From NCBI GenBank assembly GCA_964437445.1, contig CAYTGR010000009.1, forward strand, positions 1-58,501: 58,501 nt of DNA, in the 5' to 3' direction. The translations under genes and the position numbers were made by a program. Each line of letters starts with the position of its first letter. Within the stretch, counting starts at the first letter, position 1. This stretch comes from an uncultured Anaerolineales bacterium (GTDB lineage: Bacteria > Chloroflexota > Anaerolineae > B4-G1 > SLSP01). This document shows, one piece after another, positions 14,950-24,091 of this stretch. Below the pieces are notes generated by a model. That model ran no database searches and was not told the origin of the DNA. It saw nothing but the letters and a program-made list of their open reading frames with translations.

Positions 14950-17292
14950 ATGACGGATGCTGGCTACGATTTAGAATTCTGTCGCCCCTGGATCCAGTGC
15001 CGCCTGGGGCAATTAAAACAGACCTGCCGCGACTTTTTGACCTCGCAGGAGGGCGGGCGGTTCTATGCGCTGTTGGGCGGGCCACAGAGCGGCAAAACGG
15101 TGTTGCTGAACAGCATCCAACAAGACCTGATTGTAAACCAGCGTTCGTTGCCGGTGCTGATTGACCTGGCCGAGCAGGTCGGCGCGTTAGCTTCGCCCCC
15201 CGACTTCTTCAAGCTGATCTTCCAGGAGATGCGCAGCCAATTGGGCATCTGCTACATCGCGCCCGAGGAAACGGCGCGTCTGTTCCAGGATCCCCGCGCC
15301 ACGTTACTGGATTTCAAGCAGGCCTTCGGCTTCATCGCCCAGAATCCGCAATCTAAAGTCCAGGGTAAACGGTTCGCGCTGCTGTTGGATAATGCCGACG
15401 GACTGGCCGCAGCGCCTTTTGCCGCCGAGCTGTTCAACCATCTGGTCACGCTCTTTTCCAACCTGACTTACATCACCTCGGTCACCCGCCAGCTGGACAT
15501 TGTCCTGACCGGCGGCGTACCGCTCTACAACCGCCTGGCCGAGACCCGCTTTGCCCGCCGCGATCAGCTGCAACGCTATCACCTCACGGTGCTACCGGCA
15601 GAGGCCGTTGAGGCCCTGCTCGCCACGCTGCCGGCGCTCACAGACCAGCCGGCGCTCAGCCAAACGATCTGGCGCTACACCGGCGGTCACCCCTACCTGC
15701 TGCGCCACTTCCTGGGAGAATTGGCGGCTCAGACCGCTCACGCCGAGCCGCTCACCGCGGAACTGATAGAACAAATTGCCTCTGCCAGCCTGGACGAGCT
15801 GAGCGCCACCGGGCGCTGGTTCCACGCCTGCGCCCAGACCTTAGCCGCCCAGGGAGCAGAGCCCATCTATGCAGTGCTGGCCGCCGGCCAGCCGCTGGCC
15901 TGGCCGCAGATCAAAGAGGCCATCGCCAGGCAGAGGCTGGGAGACCCTGCCGTGTGGCGCGACCCGGCCGCCGTAGATCGCGCCTTAGACACGCTGCTAT
16001 TTCATGGCATGATCCAGACCGTGCCCCAGGCCGGCGCCACCGGCTACGCCGTCACCGGGGAGCTGTTCCGCCGCTGGTTTGCGGCCAACGTCCCCCCACC
16101 CGCTACCGCCGGCCGTCTTGGGGCGGGAAGCGGCCAGCCCCTGACACATTTTGAGCTGCAAATTCGCATCGGCCCCCAGGATTTAACCACCCAGGTTTAT
16201 CCGGTGGAAGCTTGGCTCAAGGACGGCAGCCATTTTGAGGACAGTGCTTTTCAGCTGGATGAAGCGCGGCTACAAGCCGCGGAGAACGACCCGCAGGAGT
16301 ATGGCCTGATCCTGTATGACACCTTGTTCACAGGGCCAATCCTCCGCGCCTACGACAAAGCGACGACCTGCGCAGAGACCCAAACCGGCGGGCGGTTGCG
16401 GCTCCGGCTCTGGGTGGATGACGACGCGGCCGAGCTGCACGCCCTGGCCTGGGAACGCTTACATCACCGGGTCCAGGGAGCCGCGGTGCCGGTGGCAGCC
16501 TCCGCCGAGCTGCCCTTTTCACGCTACATTGATCTGGAAAAACCGGAACCGTCCCCCATCGCCGAACGGCCCATCCGGCTGTTATTGGCAGTCGCCAACC
16601 CCGCCAATCTCAGCCAGTTGAACCTCGCTACCCTGAACGTAGAGCAGGAAATCACGACCCTGGTGGAAGCCTGGGGCGATCTCCAGCAGAGCGGGCAGCT
16701 CCAGGTCACGCTACTGCCGGGGCGGACTGGCCTCTCCGATGCCGTGCGGGCCCAATTGGCAGGGGCGGGCTACCGCATCCAGGATGGCGTCACCAGCACC
16801 GAGGCACTCATCCGCTTGCTTTCGCAGGGCGCGGGGTACCATGTGCTGCACTTCGTGGGGCACGGCACGTTCAGCCGCCAACGCCAGCAAGCTATGCTCA
16901 TCTTTGAGAATGAAGCCGGCAACTCCGCTCCGGTTAAGGACGAGCAACTGGCAACGCTGTTGAATTCAACCGGCTCGCAGCTACGGCTGGTCTTCCTGGC
17001 AGCCTGCGAAAGCGCGCACCGCGATCCAATGCGAGGCAACCCCTTCGTGGGGCTGGCTCCCCGCTTAGTGCAGCTGGGCATCCCGGCGGTGATTGCCATG
17101 CAGGATCGCGTTTCCATGGCGTTGGCCCGCCGGCTGGCCCATGATTTTTATTGCTCCTTGTTAGAACACGGGAGCGTGGATCGGGCGCTCAACCAGGCCC
17201 GGCTCCTGGCCTGGAATGCAGGCGATCCAGACTGGGCCACGCCGGTGCTCTTCATGCGACTGAAAGAGGGGCAGCTGTTCGGGGCAGGGTAA
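14950..17292 (+). CDS. P-loop AAA+ ATPase (a paralog of the upstream gene's C-terminal ATPase) fused to a C-terminal CHAT (caspase-family) protease domain
   Basis: Walker A LLGGPQSGKTVLL, Walker B RFALLLDNADGL, YTGGHPYLLRHF (same GGHP motif as the upstream gene). CHAT domain with catalytic His in YHVLHFVGHGTF and Cys in LRLVFLAACESAH. Start taken at ATG 14950 (MTDAGYDLEF, GGAAGGA SD). The track TTG at 14887 is an alternative. Confidence 0.8.
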   Translation: MTDAGYDLEFCRPWIQCRLGQLKQTCRDFLTSQEGGRFYALLGGPQSGKTVLLNSIQQDLIVNQRSLPVLIDLAEQVGALASPPDFFKLIFQEMRSQLGICYIAPEETARLFQDPRATLLDFKQAFGFIAQNPQSKVQGKRFALLLDNADGLAAAPFAAELFNHLVTLFSNLTYITSVTRQLDIVLTGGVPLYNRLAETRFARRDQLQRYHLTVLPAEAVEALLATLPALTDQPALSQTIWRYTGGHPYLLRHFLGELAAQTAHAEPLTAELIEQIASASLDELSATGRWFHACAQTLAAQGAEPIYAVLAAGQPLAWPQIKEAIARQRLGDPAVWRDPAAVDRALDTLLFHGMIQTVPQAGATGYAVTGELFRRWFAANVPPPATAGRLGAGSGQPLTHFELQIRIGPQDLTTQVYPVEAWLKDGSHFEDSAFQLDEARLQAAENDPQEYGLILYDTLFTGPILRAYDKATTCAETQTGGRLRLRLWVDDDAAELHALAWERLHHRVQGAAVPVAASAELPFSRYIDLEKPEPSPIAERPIRLLLAVANPANLSQLNLATLNVEQEITTLVEAWGDLQQSGQLQVTLLPGRTGLSDAVRAQLAGAGYRIQDGVTSTEALIRLLSQGAGYHVLHFVGHGTFSRQRQQAMLIFENEAGNSAPVKDEQLATLLNSTGSQLRLVFLAACESAHRDPMRGNPFVGLAPRLVQLGIPAVIAMQDRVSMALARRLAHDFYCSLLEHGSVDRALNQARLLAWNAGDPDWATPVLFMRLKEGQLFGAG

Positions 17293-17299
17293 CGCTGCG

Positions 17300-18034
17300 C
17301 TATTTGGCGGGTTTGGCGACGACGTAGATCCGGTGAGTATAGGTCGCGTAGGGCCAGCAGGAAACCAATGTCAACGTCTCATCCGGCGTGCGGGCCACGT
17401 AGGCGGCGTGCCTGGCCCGGTCGGCCTCGCTGGCCCCGACGGCCAGCACCAGATCTTTAGCCTGCACCACATACTTGAATTCCTTGTCCAGCGTGTAGAG
17501 ATAGATCTCGTCGCCGGGCTCCAGCTGGTTCAGGTCGCGGAAGACCTCTCCCAGCGTATTGTTGTGCCCGCTAAGCACGATGTTGCCCGGTTCCCCGGGG
17601 TCAGCGCTGCCCTCATGGTGGCCCACGGCATAGGCGGGCGTTTCCCAGAGATAGCGCGTGTTTTCCCCGCTGCCGGTCTGGATGATACTGATCTCGATGA
17701 TCTTCGCGTTGACCCCAATCTTGGGAATGATAATGCGGATGGCCGGCAACGGTTGCACTTCGGGCAGGGGAGTGGGGGTTGGCGAGGGCGCGGGTGTCGG
17801 CAAGGGCGTGAGCGTCGGCGTCAGGGGCGGGATGTCAAACCCGGCGATGCGTCCGGACATCAGGTATGGCTTCTGGCCGTCCAACCAATCGTAGAAGCCG
17901 GTGTAAGCGGCGTAAAGGACGAGCCAGATCAGAATCCCCAGGCTCGCGATCAACACTAATGTGCTCAACCGGCGTTGGGTTTCCGGGCTCAAGCGACCTC
18001 TTCCCCCTGAAGCCAGATTTAATCCCTTTGCCAA
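17300..18034 (-). CDS. Sortase-family transpeptidase (class E/F-like)
   Basis: N-terminal TM anchor and Pro/Thr-rich linker. Catalytic motifs are His in IVLSGHNNT, Cys in TLTLVSCWP (the TLxTC motif), and Arg in RIYVVA. Confidence 0.8.
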   Translation of the reverse strand: MAKGLNLASGGRGRLSPETQRRLSTLVLIASLGILIWLVLYAAYTGFYDWLDGQKPYLMSGRIAGFDIPPLTPTLTPLPTPAPSPTPTPLPEVQPLPAIRIIIPKIGVNAKIIEISIIQTGSGENTRYLWETPAYAVGHHEGSADPGEPGNIVLSGHNNTLGEVFRDLNQLEPGDEIYLYTLDKEFKYVVQAKDLVLAVGASEADRARHAAYVARTPDETLTLVSCWPYATYTHRIYVVAKPAK

Positions 18035-18126
18035 CCACCCGGCGGCTTTAAGTAAAGTAGCATGGTTTGGTCAAATTGTCCAGCCGTGGCATGGCGGATG
18101 CCTTCATACTTCGTGAGGATTTTCTC

Positions 18127-18155
18127 TTGCCCTTTCGCCTGCTCAAGAGTACAAT
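18127..18155 (+). promoter_or_regulatory. sigma70-like promoter (TTGCCC-N17-TACAAT) for the SHMT-GcvT fusion gene
   Basis: ttgccctttcgcctgctcaagagtacaat. A ~95-nt 5' UTR precedes the GAAAGGAG SD. Confidence 0.45.
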
Positions 18156-18251
18156 ACCCTTAGACACCCGATAGCTACACGCTAACCCGGTGGTCGTCAC
18201 GCTAAACTCTCCGGTGAAAGACCGGTTATTGCACTACGAAAGGAGCTCTGA

Positions 18252-21200
18252 ATGGACGATTTTCTCTTCCGTGAACCTTTAGCCCAATTGGACCCCGACC
18301 TGGCCGCGCTCATCGGCTACGAGGCCGAACGGCAGGCCCGGCGGCTGATCATGATCCCCTCTGAATCGCTGGCCTCCCCGGCCGTCCATGAAGCGGTCGG
18401 GTCTGTCTTCTCGCACCTCTACGCCGAGGGCTACCCCGACGAGGAAACCCGCACGATGACACCGGCGGCACTCCTGGATTACGAAGAACGGCTGGGCCAC
18501 TACCGGCGCTACTCCGATCCCCGCTACTACAAGGGGATGGACTACGTGGACATCCTGGAACCGCTGGCCCGCCGTCGCGTGGCCGAAGCCTTCGCCACCT
18601 CCAAATTCCCCGCCGAAAAGCTCTTCGTCAACGTGCAAACGCTCTCCGGCGCGCCGGCCAACACCGCCGTGCAGTATGCCCTGCTCCAGCCCGGCGATAC
18701 CATGCTGGCGATGGCACTCCACGTCGGCGGCCACCTCAGCCACGGCAGCAAGGTCGCCTACTCCGGTAAAACCTACAACGTCGTCTACTATTCTGTGGAC
18801 GAGAAAACCGAGCGGCTGGATTACGAGGCCATCCGCGCCCTGGCGCTGGAGCACAAGCCCAAACTGATCATCGGCGGCTACACTTCCTATCCCTGGGCAC
18901 CCGATTGGGAGCGGCTGAAGGCCATCGCCAAAGAGGTCGGCGCCTACCTGCTGGCCGACATCGCCCATGTCGCCGGCCTGGTGATCGCGGGCGTCTACCC
19001 CAGCCCGGTCGGCATTGCCGACGCCATCACCTTCACCACCCACAAGACCTTTGACGGCCCGCGCGGCGCCGTCATCCTCACCACCGACGCGGCGCTGGCG
19101 AAGAAGTTTGACCGCGCGGTCTTCCCCGGCTTCCAGGGCGGCCCGCACATGGAGACCATCGCCGGCATCGCCGTCGCCGCCCACCTGGCGCGCACCGAAC
19201 AGTTCCGCGCGCTGCAACAGCAGACCGTCGCCAATGCCCAGGCTTTCGCCGCCGCGCTGGCACAGGCCGGTATCCGCGTGGCCTACGGCGGCACCGATAC
19301 GCACATGGTGCTGATAGATTGCAAGCCGATCAAAGGGCCCGATGGCACGCCGTTGATGGGCGATGCCGCCGCCCGGCTGCTGGAACTGGCGGGCATCGTC
19401 GCCAACCGCAACACCATCCCCGGCGATACCACCGCCGCCTACCCTTCGGGTGTCCGCTTTGGCACCCCCTGGATCACGCAGCGCGGGATGAAAGAACCGG
19501 AGATGGCGCAGATCGCGCAGGCCGTCGCCCGACTGCTCAAGGCCACCCAGCCCTACAAACTGGTCACCCGCGACGGGCTGGAATATCGCGCCCGCGTGGA
19601 TTTTGACGTGCTGGAAGCGGTCAAAGTGGAGATCGCGGCCCTGGCCGCCCGCTTTGACCCTCAGCCTCCCCAGCGGAGCGGCTACCCGCACTTCTATTTC
19701 ATCAACGACGCCCCGCAAGGGCAGGCGGCCTACGAGCGGCTGGAACTGGAAGGCCGCTTAGCGCGCGCCTTTGTGGAATGGCTCACCCCCTCCTCTGTGA
19801 CCGACATGGCCGACGGCGACAGCCGCCCCATCACCCTGCTGGAGGCCAACGGCGCCGTGATGGCTGCCGGGCTGCTCACCCGTTGCGCCGCCGACCGCTA
19901 CACGCTGGACCTGCCGACCGCGCAAGCCATCCGCGTCGCTACCTGGCTACGGGCGCTGGTAGAAGGCTACGTCGCCACCGATGACGTCTACGGACGGCTG
20001 CCTTTCATCAAGGCGGTGCGCGACCTGGGCGCGGCGCCCACCCCGGCCGTCGCCCCGCAACCCGAGACCGGGCCGTTTACCAAGCCCTACTTCATCGGCG
20101 CCTGGTCACACCGTGAGCCCGCCGGGTCGGCGCTGCCCAAATTTGAATGGCGCGAGCCGGAGAACGCCCCGCTGCGCAAGACCCACCTCAACGCCGTCCA
20201 CCGCGAGATGGGCGGCCGAATGGTTCCTTTCGCCGGCTGGGAGATGCCCGTCTGGTACAGCGGGGCGCTGGAAGAACACCGCGTCGTCCGCGAGGCCGCC
20301 GGTCTCTTTGATGTCAGCCACATGGGTTGCTGGGAAGTCAGCGGGCCGGAAGCCGCCACCTTCCTCAACCTGGTCATGGTCAACGACATCAACCTGCTGG
20401 AGGTAGGCCAATCCCAATACTCCGCCTTCTTTGACGTAGAAGGTATCCCGCTGGATGACCTGATGGTCTACCGGCTGGCCCCAGAGCGCTACCTGGTGGT
20501 GGTCAACGCCTCCAACAACGATAAAGATTGGGCCTGGGTCAACGCCGTGGCCCGGGGTGAGGTGATGATAGATCCCCATCGCCCCTGGGTCAAGTGGAGC
20601 GGCGCCGGCGTCACGCTGCGCGACCTGCGCGACCCGGCGGCCGGGGCCGACATGCGCGCCGAACTGGCGCTGCAAGGGCCGAAGTCTAAGGACATCCTGC
20701 TGGCGCTGGGCGGCAGCGCCGGCGACCTGGGGCAGGTCAAGGCGCTACCCTGGGCCGGCATCTGCCAGGTGACTTTAGGCGGCTTTGATGTGATCGTCAG
20801 CCGCACCGGCTACACCGGCGAGCGGGTGGCCTACGAGCTCTTCGTGCACCCCGACCGCTTAGCCGACTTCTGGTGGGCGCTGCTCAAGGCGGGCGAGCCG
20901 TTCGGCATCAAACCCTGCGGGCTGGCCGCGCGCGACAGCCTCCGCACCGAGGCCGGGTTGCCGCTCTACGGCCACGAGATGGCCGGGCCGCTCAATCTGA
21001 CGATGGCCGACGCCGGGTTTGGCACCTATGTCAAGACCTACAAACCGTTCTTCGTGGGCCGCGAGCCGTTCATCGCCCGCGAGGCGAAACGCAAGGCCGA
21101 AGTGACCCGCTTCCGCATCCCGGAGAAGGGGCTGCCCAAGCCAGAACAGCTGGACCGGCTGGTAGATGCCAAGGGGAAAGTGGTCGGACAGGTCCTCAGC

Positions 21201-21407
21201 TGCGCGGTGGACATTGACGGCTTCCTCTTGGGCCAGGCTTATCTGGACAAAGAATACCACGCCGAGGGGACCCAGCTCTTCGCCCTGGTCACGCCGCGCC
21301 GCGCGCCCAAAGCGCTGGATCAGCTCAAAGCGGGCGATAAAGTCCAGCTGCCCGTGCCGGTAGTCGTGCTCAGTCGCTTCCCCAAGAAACCGGCAGCGAA
21401 GAAGTAA
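18252..21407 (+). CDS. Fusion protein: N-terminal serine hydroxymethyltransferase-like PLP enzyme, plus a C-terminal GcvT-family (aminomethyltransferase-like) folate-binding domain
   Basis: The N-terminal ~430 aa align with SHMT (IPSESLASPAV, YAEGYP, LHVGGHLSHGS, PLP-Lys in FTTHKTFDGPRGAVI) with an insertion replacing the GKRYYGG loop. The C-terminal ~400 aa carry GcvT motifs (TPLRKTHLNAVHREMGGRMVPFAGWEMPVWYSGALEEHRVVREAAGLFDVSHMGCWEVSG). Single 1051-aa ORF. Confidence 0.8.
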   Translation: MDDFLFREPLAQLDPDLAALIGYEAERQARRLIMIPSESLASPAVHEAVGSVFSHLYAEGYPDEETRTMTPAALLDYEERLGHYRRYSDPRYYKGMDYVDILEPLARRRVAEAFATSKFPAEKLFVNVQTLSGAPANTAVQYALLQPGDTMLAMALHVGGHLSHGSKVAYSGKTYNVVYYSVDEKTERLDYEAIRALALEHKPKLIIGGYTSYPWAPDWERLKAIAKEVGAYLLADIAHVAGLVIAGVYPSPVGIADAITFTTHKTFDGPRGAVILTTDAALAKKFDRAVFPGFQGGPHMETIAGIAVAAHLARTEQFRALQQQTVANAQAFAAALAQAGIRVAYGGTDTHMVLIDCKPIKGPDGTPLMGDAAARLLELAGIVANRNTIPGDTTAAYPSGVRFGTPWITQRGMKEPEMAQIAQAVARLLKATQPYKLVTRDGLEYRARVDFDVLEAVKVEIAALAARFDPQPPQRSGYPHFYFINDAPQGQAAYERLELEGRLARAFVEWLTPSSVTDMADGDSRPITLLEANGAVMAAGLLTRCAADRYTLDLPTAQAIRVATWLRALVEGYVATDDVYGRLPFIKAVRDLGAAPTPAVAPQPETGPFTKPYFIGAWSHREPAGSALPKFEWREPENAPLRKTHLNAVHREMGGRMVPFAGWEMPVWYSGALEEHRVVREAAGLFDVSHMGCWEVSGPEAATFLNLVMVNDINLLEVGQSQYSAFFDVEGIPLDDLMVYRLAPERYLVVVNASNNDKDWAWVNAVARGEVMIDPHRPWVKWSGAGVTLRDLRDPAAGADMRAELALQGPKSKDILLALGGSAGDLGQVKALPWAGICQVTLGGFDVIVSRTGYTGERVAYELFVHPDRLADFWWALLKAGEPFGIKPCGLAARDSLRTEAGLPLYGHEMAGPLNLTMADAGFGTYVKTYKPFFVGREPFIAREAKRKAEVTRFRIPEKGLPKPEQLDRLVDAKGKVVGQVLSCAVDIDGFLLGQAYLDKEYHAEGTQLFALVTPRRAPKALDQLKAGDKVQLPVPVVVLSRFPKKPAAKK

Positions 21408-21430
21408 GCGCGGTTGCCGGCCCTAGCTCC

Positions 21431-21478
21431 AGAGCGCGCTTCAGCGTGAGCAAGACTGAAGCGCGCTCTTTCTCGTGT
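21431..21478. terminator. Bidirectional terminator hairpin between convergent genes
   Basis: Perfect 14-bp stem AGAGCGCGCTTCAG-cgtgagcaaga-CTGAAGCGCGCTCT, followed by TTCTCGTGTTCG on the plus strand. Confidence 0.6.
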
Positions 21479-21502
21479 TCGTCGTCAGGCGCTTCAGCGC
21501 CG

Positions 21503-23287
21503 TCAGCTCAGCGGCCACAGGAGCGGCACCAGGATCAGCGCCAGCAGATAGACCACCCCCGTTAGCAAGCCACCCACGCGCAAGAAATCCCGGAAACGAT
21601 AGTGCCCCGGCCCGTACACCATCAGACAGGCCGGCTCCAGGGGCGTCAGATAGGAGGTGCTGGCGGCGATGGCGATCATGATAGCAAAGGGGCGCGGATT
21701 CCACCCCAACCGCGCTGCCGTCTCCAACGCTACCGGCACCACCACCGCCGCCGCCGCCTGGTTAGACATCGGTTGCGTCAACAGCACGGTCAGCACAAAG
21801 AAGCCGGTCAACAGCCAGCGCGGATGCCAGGTCCCCACCAGGGCAGCCAGCCCATCAGCCAGGAACTCCGCCGTACCGGTCGTCTGCATCGCCACCCCCA
21901 GCCCCAACATGCTGCCGATGAGGATCAAGACCTTCCAATCCACCTGCCGGTAAGCCTCCTCCGGGGTGATACAGCGCGTCAGGAAGACCAACAGCGCGCC
22001 AGCCAACATGGCCACCGGCAAGGCGAGTACCTTCAGCGCGCCCAGCAGCAACGCCCCGGCAAAAATTCCCGCCACCAGGATGGCCTGACGGCGGTTGAAG
22101 CGCCGGGGGTTGAGCACGCCCAACACATCCAACACGTTTTCAGTTTGCAGCGCCGCAATCTGCTTTTCATCGCCCTGCACCAGCAGCACATCCCCCATCT
22201 GCAAGCGTGTCTCCGCAATCTTACAGCGGACGGTGCCGGTGCGCCGGTTAATCGCCAGCACCTGCAAGTGGTAACGCTCGCGCATTTGCAACTCTTTGGG
22301 GGTGTGGCCGATGAACGGTGAGCGCGGCAACAGTACCACCTCGGCCAACCGCATCCCGGCTCCCTGCAAATCCCCATCGGAAAAGCGAGCATCGGCCTGG
22401 AGTTCCAGCCCGGTCACATCCCTGACCCGCAAGATCGCCGCCGAAGACCCCTCCACCAGCAGCGCATCCCCCACCTGCAACCGGGTCTCGGCGGGCGGAT
22501 CCAGCCGGCGCTCCCCCTGCCGGATAACCGCCAGCACAATCAGGTCGTAATCCCGGCCCAGAGCCGCCTGCGCCAGGGTGCGCCCGGCCAGGTTGGAGCC
22601 AGGGACAATCCGCAGCTCTGCCAGATAGGAGCGCAGGCCAAAGCTCTCGGTCAGCGTGGGGGCTACAGCCCGCTGTGGAAGCAACCGTTGCCCGGCGAAT
22701 TGCATATAGAGCACCCCCGCCACCAGAATGGGTAGCCCCACGGGGGTCAGTTCCAACATGCCTATGGGCGGCAGGCCGGCCTGCTGCATCAGGCCGCTCA
22801 CCACCACGTTGGTGGAGGTGCTGATCAGGGTCACGGAGCTGGCCAAGATCGCCGCAAAGGCCATCGGCATCAGCAAGCGCGCCGCGTTCAGGTTGGCGCG
22901 CCGGCTGAGACCCAGGATCACCGGCAAAAAGAAAGCCGCCGCGGCCGTATTGTTGATCAAGGCGCTCAACAGCCCCACCGCGATCATCGTGGCCGGCAAC
23001 AGCCGCTCCGGGTGGTTGCCGGTCACTTGCAAGAGCTGGCGGCTGACCACCTCCACAATCCCGGTCTGCATCAGCGCAGCCGTGATAATCAGCAGCCCCA
23101 GCAACAACATGACCGTATCGCTGCCAAAGCCGGCAAAGGCCTGCTCCGGCGGGACCAGGCGCAGCACGATGAGGGCCAGCAAGACCCCCAAAGCCGTCAC
23201 GTCGGGCGGTATCCACTCAAACGAAAAGAGGACCAGGGCCGCCACCAGGATAACCAGCAAGAGCAAAACAGGTAGTGTCATCGCCAT
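21503..23287 (-). CDS. DASS/SLC13-type (CitMHS/ArsB-superfamily) anion permease with two central TrkA-C (RCK_C) domains
   Basis: 594 aa. Multi-TM N- and C-terminal halves flank two soluble ~70-aa RCK_C-like repeats (LAEL..VPGSNLAGRTLAQAALGRDYDLIVLAVIRQGE and LAEVVLLPRSPFIGHTPKELQMRERYHLQVLAINR). Confidence 0.8.
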   Translation of the reverse strand: MAMTLPVLLLLVILVAALVLFSFEWIPPDVTALGVLLALIVLRLVPPEQAFAGFGSDTVMLLLGLLIITAALMQTGIVEVVSRQLLQVTGNHPERLLPATMIAVGLLSALINNTAAAAFFLPVILGLSRRANLNAARLLMPMAFAAILASSVTLISTSTNVVVSGLMQQAGLPPIGMLELTPVGLPILVAGVLYMQFAGQRLLPQRAVAPTLTESFGLRSYLAELRIVPGSNLAGRTLAQAALGRDYDLIVLAVIRQGERRLDPPAETRLQVGDALLVEGSSAAILRVRDVTGLELQADARFSDGDLQGAGMRLAEVVLLPRSPFIGHTPKELQMRERYHLQVLAINRRTGTVRCKIAETRLQMGDVLLVQGDEKQIAALQTENVLDVLGVLNPRRFNRRQAILVAGIFAGALLLGALKVLALPVAMLAGALLVFLTRCITPEEAYRQVDWKVLILIGSMLGLGVAMQTTGTAEFLADGLAALVGTWHPRWLLTGFFVLTVLLTQPMSNQAAAAVVVPVALETAARLGWNPRPFAIMIAIAASTSYLTPLEPACLMVYGPGHYRFRDFLRVGGLLTGVVYLLALILVPLLWPLS

Positions 23288-23368
23288 CCCCTCAAGGTTA
23301 CTACGATTTTTTCAGAACTGTGTTAAACTTAGCCTGCTGAATTCTCATCATGTCAGGAGGTCAAACGA

Positions 23369-24085
23369 ATGCCCACACTTTCCATCGTGTTACCGGCCTA
23401 CAACGAAGAGGCAAACGCAGAACGCGCCGTCACCACCGTCTCTGAAGTGGCTGAACGGTTGGGAATGGAATACGAAATTATCCTGGTGAACGATGGCAGC
23501 AAGGATCGCACCGGCGAGATCGGCCGGGAGCTGGCCCAGCGAATCCCCTATTTCAAACTGGTAGAGCATTATCCCAACCGGGGCTATGGCGGCGCGCTGA
23601 AGGCCGGGTTTGCGGCCGCGACGAAGGAATGGATCACCTTCGTGCCGGCCGATAACCAGTTTGTCTTCAGCGAAATTGAGCGGTTCCTGGCTAAAATCAA
23701 CGAGGCCGATATTATCTGCGGCTGGCGCGTGGACCGTCAGGACCCCTTCATTCGCAAAGTCAACGCTTTCGGCTGGAACACCGTGGTGCGATTGCTCTTT
23801 GGCTTCCTCTGCCACGATATTGATTGCGGCTTCAAGCTCTTCCGCCGCGAAATTCTGGAGCACGTCACCATTGTCTCCAACGGCGCAATGATTGATACCG
23901 AATTTCTGGCCGGCGCCCGGGCGCGCCATTACCGCATCGCCGAAGTCCCGGTAACGCATCTGCCCCGGCAGAAGGGTGCTGCCACCGGCGCTAATCCCCG
24001 CGTGATCCTGCGGGCCTTCCGCGACCTGGCGCGTTTCCGCCTGCGGCTGAGCCGCGAACTGCGTGCCGAGCACGAACAGAAATAA
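23369..24085 (+). CDS. Family 2 glycosyltransferase (polyprenyl-phosphate sugar synthase-like)
   Basis: LSIVLPAYNEE..ILVNDGSKDRTGEI, the GT2 DxD region. 238 aa, typical of DPM1-like enzymes. Confidence 0.8.
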   Translation: MPTLSIVLPAYNEEANAERAVTTVSEVAERLGMEYEIILVNDGSKDRTGEIGRELAQRIPYFKLVEHYPNRGYGGALKAGFAAATKEWITFVPADNQFVFSEIERFLAKINEADIICGWRVDRQDPFIRKVNAFGWNTVVRLLFGFLCHDIDCGFKLFRREILEHVTIVSNGAMIDTEFLAGARARHYRIAEVPVTHLPRQKGAATGANPRVILRAFRDLARFRLRLSRELRAEHEQK

Positions 24086-24091
24086 GGGCAG

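Noticed and set aside
18156-18251. Possible glycine, ZTP or THF riboswitch in the 5' UTR of the SHMT-GcvT gene.
   Set aside because: The UTR is only ~95 nt. It lacks the conserved cores (GGAGAG..ACCGAAGGGGCAA for glycine; GACTGGCG..CCGCCTGGGC for ZTP). Only weak similarity (CTCTCCGGTGAAAGACCGG) was seen. A covariance-model scan would be needed.
21431-21478. The hairpin AGAGCGCGCTTCAG..CTGAAGCGCGCTCT considered as another member of the GCGCTTCAGCGC repeat family.
   Set aside because: It shares the GCGCTTCAG core but lacks the M2 loop and flanks. It is better explained as a simple bidirectional terminator between convergent genes.
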